Shown one piece after another: positions 24,529-34,224 of a DNA stretch of 64,000 bases (the stretch's first letter is position 1; every line of letters starts with the position of its first letter). Under the pieces are notes generated by a model, which did no database searches, was not told the origin of the DNA, and saw only the letters and a program-made list of their open reading frames with translations. Source of the DNA: an uncultured Nitrososphaeraceae archaeon. GTDB lineage: Archaea; Thermoproteota; Nitrososphaeria; Nitrososphaerales; Nitrososphaeraceae. Made by a program: the position numbers and the translations under genes. The stretch lies in NCBI GenBank assembly GCA_963825865.1, contig CAWGVG010000062.1, forward strand, positions 164,940 through 228,939. Direction: 5' to 3'.

Positions 24529-24870
24529 TTATCCGTACACATTTCCAATCATTTTCACAAGTTCATAATGTTTCAATATTTGGTCAGTATTTGATTTACC
24601 GCTGTAATTAGCACGTTTTGTTTCGCTGGCCTGGTGAATTGCTGCCAATTCTTCTAACGCTTTAACTTGATTTCTACCTTCTTCTAACATATTTTCTAAA
24701 GTAGAATCTATTGCTTGACCTTGATGTTTTTGAATAACTGCATATGCTTTCAAATTATTGAATCCTTCAGACTGTTGTTCGCTTGATGCTGAATGTGTTC
24801 TAGTAACATAATCCAATTCAGCTTGTCGATACTTTTCTACGTCTGTATTATATATGGCTCTAGTTGCCAT
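24529..24870 (-). CDS. Hypothetical helical protein
   Basis: 113-aa ORF with an ATG start, heading a minus-strand cluster. Confidence 0.6.
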   Translation of the reverse strand: MATRAIYNTDVEKYRQAELDYVTRTHSASSEQQSEGFNNLKAYAVIQKHQGQAIDSTLENMLEEGRNQVKALEELAAIHQASETKRANYSGKSNTDQILKHYELVKMIGNVYG

Positions 24871-25255
24871 TTTTGTAATTAACTGTACTAAGGTTATTTG
24901 ATATACTAAAACTTTTATCTCTAGCAGTTTATTCTATATAATAATAGGTAATATAATATAAAATGGTAAGCAAAAACTAGGAGCAGAAATTGATGACAAA
25001 ATAGAAGAAAAATATTTTGAAGAAGAAGAAAGAGAAGAAGATTCTAGGACCTACTACTAAAAAAGAAGAATCAGCGGCATTACTAACTTATAGGTTATTA
25101 GAAGCACATCTATTAACTTATATTTTATTTTTCAGAGCCAGAAGCAATAATGGTAGTATTTTAGTAGTTAATGTAATACTACTTTCTAAAGTTATATTCT
25201 TTTCACTCTATTCTACAGTAGTAAGAGATTACTATAATAGACTATTGATAGTTAA

Positions 25256-25384
25256 ATGAGTAACTACACCTGATTTAATATTCTTATTAATTATATAAAA
25301 TAAGTCAGCATAAAATCACATTAGATAAATCAGCATTAACTTACTCAAGTCAAATATACAGATAATAACAAATGACTATATATA
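25256..25384 (+). promoter_or_regulatory. Conserved ~125-bp upstream element of the secreted-protein cassette (also ~26246-26374, ~34983-35114, and minus strand ~45415-45545)
   Basis: Shared blocks CTGATTT...ATAAGTCAGCA...ATAAATCAGCA(G/T)TAACTT...GTCAAATATACAGAT. Confidence 0.75.
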
Positions 25385-26033
25385 ATGAACAACACAATTA
25401 CAACGAAACGAAATCTATCCTTAGTTGCTATCTTTATGGCAGCAACATTAGTAGTAGGAACATTTGCAGTAACAACAACCACAATAGCAACAACACAAAC
25501 GGCATTTGCTTTTTCAAAGAATAAGAAAGGAGATGAAAATAGTAAGAATGGCAACACAATTACCGCACTGAAATGCGAAAATAAAGGTTCTGCAAGTGGA
25601 TTTGATACAGCATTAGACCAAGAATGTGAAAACCTGATATGTACTCATCCAGGTAATAATGCATCATGCGTAAGTGAAAATGAAGGAGCAACTACAACAA
25701 CAAGCCCAGTAACAACACCTACAGGAACCTTAATAGTTGAAAAAGTCGTAGTTTGTAGAATTGGTACTACATGTCCTTCACCTTCAGACTTTACCATAAA
25801 AGTAACGGGCAATAACCCTACGCCATCTACATTCCATGTAACAATTCCAGAAACGCCCGGACCCCACGCCAGTACAGTTGTTACATTAGGTGTAGGTGCT
25901 TACAAAGTAAGTGAAGAGCCACTTCAGGGCTTCGAGCCTAGTTTCTCAGGTGATTGCAACGCAAATGGTGAAGGGTACTATAGCTCCAGGCGACCACCAG
26001 ACATGTACTATTACAAATAGCAAGCCGCTGTGA
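25385..26033 (+). CDS. Secreted Cys-motif protein A, with a beta-sandwich (prealbumin/SpaA-like) C-terminus
   Basis: Signal peptide; GSASGFDTALDQECENLICTHPG motif; 'GTLIVEKVV...FSGDC...TCTITN' (frameshift near the end). Confidence 0.75.
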
Positions 26034-26374
26034 GGATAATCCACAAGTTGATTAGACAGTTACTTGCTGCTTACTGATACACATAACACCAAAAAAAGAA
26101 GGTAACTTATACCTTCAAACACTTTTTTATTTTTAACTATATGTTATTACTATGCTATTATCAGTTAATTAGCGAAGTGAAATAATATTATCACTAATCT
26201 ATTGCATAGTAGTAACAAATTATCATAATGTACTAGTGATAGTTATATGAGTAACCATACCTGATTTGTCATTTTGAATAGTTATACAGAATTAGTCAAT
26301 ATTATATCATATTAGATAAATCAGCAGTAACTTCGCCAAATCAAATATACAGATGACATTGATAAAGTAGATAT

Positions 26375-27001
26375 ATGAACAACGCAACGAACCTAGCGAT
26401 AGTCGCTATCTTAATGGCAGCGACATTGATAGTAGGAGCGACATTTTCAGCGACAACAGCGCAATTAACAGCATTTGCTTATCAGAAGAAGAAAGTAGGA
26501 GGAACACAAGACGGAGGAAGCAAAAATGGCAACACTGTTACCATTGAGGAATGCAAAAATAGGGGTTCTGCAAGTGGATTTGATACAGCATTAGACCAAG
26601 AATGTGAAAACCTGATATGTACTCATCCTGGTGAAAATGCAACCTGTGTACAAGAAGGAGTTGTAACATCAACACCAACACCAACACCCGAGCCAATTAC
26701 AACAACCTTAAGAGTCATAAAAAAAGTCGTTTGTAGCCTACAGACCCTAATTGCTCTCTCCCAAACTTCTGTGAAATAGTATTTAGCTAACCAAGGCCAT
26801 CTGCAAAGTTTCACATGTCAGTCTGCTGTTGGAAATGGTGTCCTTTTTACACTGCAGCCAGGGGATACCTTCGCTGTAGAAGAGGAACAGAATATACCAG
26901 GGACAATTTTTGATGTTACACGAAGTAGTGATTGTGATGGTACGATAGCTGCAGGCCAACACCTAACCTGGACTATTACAAACACAGAACCCGGCACATA
27001 G
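26375..27001 (+). CDS. Secreted Cys-motif protein B, with a beta-sandwich C-terminus (frameshifted)
   Basis: Same N-terminal motif; 'TTLRVIKKVVC...DCDGTIAAGQHLTWTITN'. Confidence 0.7.
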
Positions 27002-27052
27002 TCTACCAAACCCACTCTTATTTTCATTTTTTGATATTATATTATTATAACC

Positions 27053-27445
27053 ATGGCAACCATATTATCATTATCTCAGAATAGTATCCCCATGGCAATA
27101 ATAAACGAAAAATCATCAGAAATAGAACAAGAGCAACAAGGAGAAGAACAACAAACAGAAGAAGAGATTGATACAAGCCCTTCAGCAGTCTTTGACAGTT
27201 CATTAAAGGAATTGAAGCAAGTGATAAACCGAATAGAGAAAAACAATGAAGAAACACTTGGCGATTTATTACGGTTCTACTGGCTCGAACTTCCAAGTAA
27301 ATTGATGATTATCGACATGAAATTAAGCATGATTCAACAGCAATTACAAGCACAAGGCGTCTTTCCTGAAGACACAACCATATCCGATTTAATGAATGAA
27401 ATAAGACAAAGAAGAAGAAGAAGAAAAAACATAGATAGTGGATGA
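27053..27445 (+). CDS. Hypothetical protein (acidic N-terminus, coiled coil, Arg-rich tail) whose stop codon lies in the leftmost, degenerate array repeat
   Basis: 130-aa ORF ending RRRRRKNIDSG*. Confidence 0.6.
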   Translation: MATILSLSQNSIPMAIINEKSSEIEQEQQGEEQQTEEEIDTSPSAVFDSSLKELKQVINRIEKNNEETLGDLLRFYWLELPSKLMIIDMKLSMIQQQLQAQGVFPEDTTISDLMNEIRQRRRRRKNIDSG

Positions 27446-27855
27446 ATCTGAACTGTTTTTCAAAGGTGCGCACTAAGTGCGCAGTTCTAGGTTGACACTC
27501 TCTACTACCATGGTGGAATTATAACCATCATATGCTTATCAAGGATGCGGACTAAGTCCGCAGGTTCAAACGCTACCATGGTGAAATTATAACAAAATTT
27601 GAGGATTTCCTCAAGTTTTTAGCATTTTGTTCAAGTGCTACTATATGATGTTGGAATCTGAACTCATGAACCAGTTCTTCTTATGGGATATTCCCATAAA
27701 ATGCCCGTTGTTGTGTTTAAACGCTACCATAGTGAAATCTGAACTACCTACACTCTTAATATCATCTGGAGTCCAGGTGATATTATTTCAAACTCTATCA
27801 TAGTGGTTGAATCTGAACCTTCGTCTAATTTGAGCACTTAGTGCTCAAGATTTAT
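27428..27855. CRISPR. Degenerate orphan CRISPR-like mini-array: 6 repeats and 6 palindrome-containing spacers
   Basis: Repeats at ~27428-27453 (partial), 27491-27525, 27564-27593 (GTTCAAACGCTACCATGGTGAAATTATAAC), 27629-27663, 27715-27744 (GTTTAAACGCTACCATAGTGAAATCTGAAC) and 27786-27818; enclosed spacers are 37, 38, 35, 51 and 41 bp; no cas genes in the window. Confidence 0.7.
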
Positions 27856-27972
27856 CAGAAGAAGAAAATAAAAAATATATAATTGCACCTATATTCTTTA
27901 GAAATCAAAACTAATGTTACCAACTATTAGATACAACTGTTTTTTATAATTATAAAACAAATGTTCTGCTTA

Positions 27973-28548
27973 TTATACTTCTTTTGGATTATTAGCACGG
28001 ATAACAGTAACATCTATTCTCTCAGAATATCCATATGTATCACTCAGCTCTCTTACACGATTTACAGTATCTTTTTTTTCAGGTACGGCAATCCTCTTAT
28101 TACCGTCAGAATCTGAATTTTCAATCTGTTTGCGTTTAACTTCCTTTTCGATTAGTGGAATATTTGGATAAATTCTTTTTTCTTTTTTACTTACTTTGTC
28201 TATACGGAAAAGTTTTTCGCGTTCATAACGCTTGATAATCGAATCAAAATTTCCACCAAAATCGGTTCTTGCACCTTCAGTTTTGTCGCTTAAAGATTCA
28301 TTGGACCTTTCTTTTAGTCGAATATATCGGATATATTTTTTGTCAAGTGATTTACAATACCAAGCTGCCTCTATTGGGACTATAAATGATTGGTCAATGT
28401 GATTTAGTTGATTTATGTCCAAGCCATTATAATATTGATTAATTTCCACCAAAATTGGTCTGGTTTTAGACCATATATAATTTGTAATGGTTATAAAGGT
28501 TAAAAATATGTCCAAAAATCTTAAAATGATAGCAGTAAACGAGGCCAC
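27973..28548 (-). CDS. Hypothetical protein, possibly winged-helix DNA-binding (true start likely downstream of 28548)
   Basis: 'FDSIIKRYEREKLFRIDKVSKKEKRIYP' helix-wing pattern; divergent from the RHH gene. Confidence 0.5.
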   Translation of the reverse strand: MASFTAIILRFLDIFLTFITITNYIWSKTRPILVEINQYYNGLDINQLNHIDQSFIVPIEAAWYCKSLDKKYIRYIRLKERSNESLSDKTEGARTDFGGNFDSIIKRYEREKLFRIDKVSKKEKRIYPNIPLIEKEVKRKQIENSDSDGNKRIAVPEKKDTVNRVRELSDTYGYSERIDVTVIRANNPKEV

Positions 28549-28666
28549 TTATGGGAGTCTCAAATCAATTGGAGCTATGGGTCAGAGTTTCAATGATGTA
28601 ATAGGCGAACTTCTAAAGCTAAGGGAACAACAAGAACAGCAACAAAAGAAGAAAGGAAATAAGTGA
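28508..28666 (+). CDS. Small ribbon-helix-helix (CopG/antitoxin-like) DNA-binding protein, absent from the ORF track
   Basis: MSKNLKMIAVNEATYGSLKSIGAMGQSFNDVIGELLKLRE (52 aa). Confidence 0.75.
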   Translation: MSKNLKMIAVNEATYGSLKSIGAMGQSFNDVIGELLKLREQQEQQQKKKGNK

Positions 28667-29278
28667 AAAAAATGCTAACAGCAACAACAACACAGCAAAC
28701 AACAACAAAAGGAGAGAAAAAAACAATCATTACTACAGAGTGTCCACAAACACCTTGTAATATTTTTTATTCAGATATCTTTGATAGTATAACGGTCAGA
28801 TGCATAAACCCTTCACATAATAGTTTACCAACAATAGTAGGAGATAATCATAATGATAATGATAATAAAAGTGGCTTGGTGACCAGCCAAGACCACCACA
28901 TCGAAGACCCAACAACCACCGCAGGTTCTAATTACAATGATTGTTCAAGATAACTATAATACAGGGAATAATAAGGCTTTCCGAGAGAAAACCTGTAATT
29001 CTTCTTCTGTACCAGTAATAGCAATAATAGTAATTATGATTTTTTTTGCTGCCATAGTAGAAAAACAAGCACGTGCTAGCTTTCGGACCATGTTCCAAAA
29101 TCTTCATTCCATTATTGCAAAAGGAGTTATTATTGAGTATACGTGGCCAGCAAAAGCGCATAATTTCACATGGTGTAAACTGTGCCATGAAAAAGGCCAA
29201 ATTATTAGATTTCAACTCGTAGAAGAATTTCGCATTTTGCACGCAAATTCTTTTTTTCATGGCGCAAACAAACACTGA
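28663..29278 (+). CDS. Two small hypothetical ORFs (28663-28953 and 28937-29278) with Cys motifs
   Basis: Coupled start/stop codons following the RHH gene. Confidence 0.45.
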
Positions 29279-29284
29279 GAAAAC

Positions 29285-29444
29285 TTAGTAAAAAGTTCAA
29301 GTGCTTTTACTGTGAAGAATGTTTTAGTAGTAATGATGAACGTAGATACCATAGACAGCAGTACCATCCAGACAAAAAACTAGACTATCCTACTCCAGAG
29401 GACTTTGAGAATCGTTTGGAGAGGTAAGGTATTGTTGTTGTTGT
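29285..29444 (+). repeat. 160-bp direct repeat, copy 2
   Basis: Identical to 23299-23458. Confidence 0.95.
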
Positions 29445-29593
29445 GTTGCTGCTCCTGACCAATTAATTGAGCAAAGGATCACTTTCCTTTATTATTTTGT
29501 GGCTTTTTTGTTTCCATTCAGCAGGACATACTTCATGATAGTGTATGTAAGGAGGAGGAGGTATTGATGTTGCTGCTGTTGCTGCTCCTGATG

Positions 29594-30859
29594 ATTAATC
29601 TGACTCCGATTCATCATCATCATCATCGTCTGCTGACTTTTCTTTTACCAGCAGCTCATCAATCTTCTTTAGAATTGGTTTCATGCTTTCATCAGATTCG
29701 ATAATACGTTTTGAATGTTCGGCCACCGTTCCTTCATATTTAGGAATGGTCATAATGTCTTTGCCTTTATCTTCCAGTACTTCGTTAGTTTTGTCAAATA
29801 GAAATCCAACATCATTTTAATTCATCTGTCTTTGGTAGATTTGTGCACTCTCTGAATACTCGGTACAGTTTATCATATGCTAATGCGTTATTATCATCAA
29901 GTCCATATAGTAGATTTTCAAATTCAACAAAACTATAACGGCGTATACTTGTACGTTCACTAACACCACCCACACCAACACCACCACTACTACTTGTTTT
30001 TTGCACCTGCCAGTGATAGGATTTATGATTGCAGATATTGGAGGCAAATGCAATATGAGTGTTAAATACTGTATACTCTTCTAACAACCTGTTAAATCTA
30101 CCGACCATAGATAGAGCATCTGTATCAGAACTAAATGGTAAGCAGAGTTCGACTTCTATTGATGGAAATGGAATTTCAATTGCATCACCACTACCACCAC
30201 CATCATAACTCTCAGTCTCAATTATTGGTACAACACTCTGGTTGACTTTATCTACATTAAGTCTGATGCTGAATTTCTTGCCGCTAGCGCTATCTCTAAT
30301 AATCAATGGTTTGTCCCATTTGTCATGACCTAAGCTCTCTGTTGCAAGTGTATAAGGTATGGATAGTAACTCTTTGAAAGCATCACCTAACGCACCTCTA
30401 GTGATGTTAAACTGGTTTCGTTTGCTACTCATAGAGCCCGCCATAGCTGAATATCTTTTTTACATTACTTTCTATGAATACGCCTTTATTGGAATGATTC
30501 GAATTACCTACATTTATACGGAGTATAGAATCTTGTTGAAGAAGATTTACATTTACGGTAACTAGTGGCATTCTAATCTCTGATGATTTCTCAACATAGT
30601 CTAATGCATTATCCATTAGTTCATTGAAGACGAATCTTGGTAAGCGTTTTTCTTCTACTCCTGTTCTAGTCTGAATACCCCGTAATGTGATGAAGTCCAT
30701 TACTGCTTTCTCCGTAGAGAAAACATCTGCATCTGCTGTATCTGCTGCTGAATTTGAATTCGAATCTGAAGAGGGGGGAGTCTGTTTTAATGACTTCCAA
30801 TCTACATTGATTTTTGCATGAGAATCTGACCCCCCTGCCCCTACATCATCTTGATTCAT
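29594..30859 (-). pseudogene. GHKL (Topo VIB-like) ATPase, frameshifted and truncated, followed by an acidic-tailed C-terminal fragment
   Basis: Bergerat N-box 'FNELMDNALD', 'SSKR...TRGALGDAFK' G-box, 'YTVFNTHI'. Confidence 0.7.
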
Positions 30860-31219
30860 CGTTATCTCAAGGTAATTTAGGCATCCCCACTATATAAAGA
30901 AGTCTATGAATTAAAGAATTCTACATTTATTGAACGTATAGATATATAGCTGATATATTATTTCTACTATATGGCAAAAGTAATGAACAAAAAAACGATA
31001 AACTTGAACATAGACCAAAGTTCTTAGCATAGGGCAAGGATAAGCTCGCCGCAAAAAAGGATACAACATTAACTAAGATAGTCATGTGCCTTATCAGACT
31101 ATTTGAACAAACTTAATAGGAGATCAGCAAATGAATATAATAACAATAATAATATTCTAGCAGCAAAAATAATGAATGTGGAAACTTAACTTCTTATTTT
31201 ATTTTATTAAAGATTTATT

Positions 31220-31628
31220 TTATTTTATTTTATTTTACAGTCTTTATAAAATATCTGGTATCTTTTCCAGACCCGTGCTAATCTCAAGAATGGTTTTACC
31301 TAGTTTTAGTTAGGTCGTTCTATTTTTCGATATATGTAAGCGGCTTAATTCTAGGGTCTTTTCTCTTCGGTTGTTGATATCGTTTATTTCTATAACTGTG
31401 AACTGTGCTCGATTTGTAATCTTGCCGTTAAAGTCAGGCTTCTCAACTATCTTTGTCTTCTCAGGGTCCATATTGAAGCACTTTAGTTTCTCCGTCTTTA
31501 ATGCTTACGTAATTCGATTCAATAAAACTCTCTAACTCTTTATTTTCATAATATTTTGGATTTAGATTTTGTGTCTGATTTGTATTTGTATTTGTTGTAT
31601 TTGTTGTTGTTTGATTTGTTGTGGACAT
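31220..31628 (-). pseudogene. Degraded OB-fold ssDNA-binding-like protein (same type as the C-half of 12341-13228)
   Basis: Fragments 'YYENKELESFIESNYVSIKDGETK', 'KIVEKPDFNGK...AQFTVIE', 'GKTILEI'. Confidence 0.45.
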
Positions 31629-31865
31629 AATTTATTTTGTGCAATATTATAATTAGACGATACAAGTTATATCTTTTTCTTTTTCAGTATTTTGATAATA
31701 CATCCTTATCTTACTAGATACGTCTAAGGAGGAGGGGAGGGAGGGGTATAAAATAAAGTAAAATAAAATAATAAAAGTTAGTCGTTCCTCACTACTAATT
31801 GGAGGAGAGATATAATAATTAATATGCCAGAACAAATTGTAGCGCTAACATATATTATTGATTTC

Positions 31866-32510
31866 CTATGGGTGAAACCCTCCCATCATAGGACCCATCA
31901 TTCCCATTCCGCTTGAGGGCCCATCATCATTCCGCCACCATGCATCATCGTATGCGTAGCATGATTCCAGGTCCTGTAGGCAATTGCTTCAGATGAAAGA
32001 ACTTTTCCCCATTTCCAACATCTACTATTACCCTATGGATGTTATTACCAGAGAATATAATCCCATCTTGCTACAAAATCCATTTGCCCTCCAACATGAC
32101 CTGATACCGCATGAGCATTGCTACCCACTGTTTTCTCTGCAGTCATAGTAGAATTAACTAAACTGGTATGTACTTGCGATGATATTGCATTAGATATTGT
32201 AGGGAATATTCGGAACAGAACCGTAACATTTGAACACCATAGTCATCATTCCAGTAAAATTCTAATTTGCTATATCATCACCGGATTGTCATCATGATTC
32301 AGGATTCGTCATAATTGCCGGTAGTCATCATTACCAGGATCGTCATAAATACAGTCCATACCCATCATCGGTCCCATCATACCAGGATTCATCATGATTA
32401 CAGGTTGTCATACTTGAGCACTCACTTTTTGAATCGGCATAGTTGATGATGACAGAAATGCTGTGACAACTATTGCAGAGGCTATACATCATTGTTGCTA
32501 TAGCGGCAGA
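31866..32510 (-). pseudogene. Met/Gly-rich exported PepSY-like protein, frameshifted
   Basis: Fragments 'NAISSQVHTSLVNSTMTAEKTVGSNAHAVSG' and 'VIVDVGNG', plus MMNPG repeats. Confidence 0.55.
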
Positions 32511-33788
32511 ATTCATATCAGATGATAATACGATTAAATATATGTGGATTGATAAAAGTAATTCTGAAGTCTTAATATACATATTTCTAGAAGTTATATA
32601 TAGAGAGAATAAGAACCAATTCTTTCCCTTCTTTTAATATTAGTGGCAAGTCGACATCAATCTAAATTAATATATTATGACGAAGACAATAAAAATGAAG
32701 TTTCTTTCAAATCTAGTTGCATGATTTATCAACACTTTTACATTTCTTCTCTCCAATATGATGCAGAATTATAATTTATATAATTATAATAATAACAAGA
32801 AATTACCGTTATTGAAGAAAGGCAAGCTTCAACCTTTAGGAAATATAACAAGAATCAGATTTGTAAATGATAAAGACCTTCGATAAGGTAGTAGTAGCAT
32901 TAGTAGCATCAACAACAATATTGTTGTTAGTCCAAGCACAGTTTACTGACAATTTTTATAATTTTATAATTTTATAATTTTACATATTCTTTATTATATG
33001 ATGAAAATACAAGTATACGATAACAATAATAATAATAAGAAATGCCAAAACTAACTCAAATTCAAAGAGAGGAAATAAACATTAGTTATAGACTGTATCA
33101 TTAGACGTTTAACAACAAAAGAGATACAGTATGGCTAGGTCTGACTAAACTTCTTCTTGTGATGATGGTGGTGTGTTTTATTGTATATCATATCTCAAAG
33201 TAACAGAATCAATAGAAGGATGACTGAAGAAGAGCAGATATTTTATGAACAGGAAAAGCTATGGCAGATTTATTCTCGGTTGGGTTTGTAAGGTAGAAAC
33301 AGTTGATGACTGGATTATATATTTTGAATTTTTCAAACGAATGAACGTATTTCACTCTAGACTTGTTAAACTGCAGAGGGAAAAGTTGCTATTTCCTCAT
33401 AATAATAATAAACGGACATTACCTTAAAAATAAGCGTCAATCTACAATGGACATTTGATATTATAGGTTGGACGGTAATAATAATAGTTGCCTCTTTGTC
33501 ATTAACTTAATCTATGCAAAATAATATCTATAATACTTGAAAACAATATTCAGATTTTTGTTTCTTAATATATACATATGTATATCGATATAAATAATAC
33601 AGACGTATTTCAAAAAACAAAAAGGAACTGATGTATCTAACACATATGCTGAAATTTCTTTAATGATTATTTTTGATTGCATTACTTTTTTCTAACTTTA
33701 TCTATTGTACTTTCACTGCTAACAACCTGCTTATAGTCAGGAAGGAACATCGCAAACCACAAATAATAATAATCAGGGGTATGGCAAA

Positions 33789-34169
33789 GTGTTCTTTTTT
33801 ATTATTATTGGTGGTATAATATATTTAATTTACAAGGAATTTACAAAGAGATACGGTAAACACAGAGAAAGACGATATTTTCCAGCAGACGTAAAAGAAG
33901 ATACAATACGAAAACAACATCATAAATGTGCTATATGTAAAAAGGGCACTAGTATATGGGATTTTGACCATAAAGATGGCAACAGGTCTAATAATCGCTC
34001 TAGCAATTGTCAAGCATTATGTCCTACTTGTCATGCAAAGAAAACACGTGGATTACTGAAACAAGAAAAGAAGTTTCACTTGTCATGGCGCATAGTACAT
34101 TGGTGTAATATTGTTTCTTATTTTCTTATCGTAGTAGATACTAGCTATTTCCAGCACTTACCTAAATAA
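33789..34169 (+). CDS. HNH endonuclease with an N-terminal TM segment
   Basis: CAIC...DFDHKDGNRSNNRSSNCQALCPTCHAKKT. Confidence 0.85.
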   Translation: MFFFIIIGGIIYLIYKEFTKRYGKHRERRYFPADVKEDTIRKQHHKCAICKKGTSIWDFDHKDGNRSNNRSSNCQALCPTCHAKKTRGLLKQEKKFHLSWRIVHWCNIVSYFLIVVDTSYFQHLPK

Positions 34170-34224
34170 TAATGGACATCACCTTAAAAACAAGCATGAT
34201 GAAATAGACATTTGATACTATAGA

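Noticed and set aside
27053-28548. Genes flanking the array as cas genes
   Set aside because: No recognisable Cas1, Cas2, Cas4, Cas6, RAMP or RuvC motifs.
32260-32410. Repeated TCATCATGATT/CCAGGATTCATCAT units
   Set aside because: Coding repeats (MMNPG) of the PepSY-like pseudogene, not a CRISPR array.
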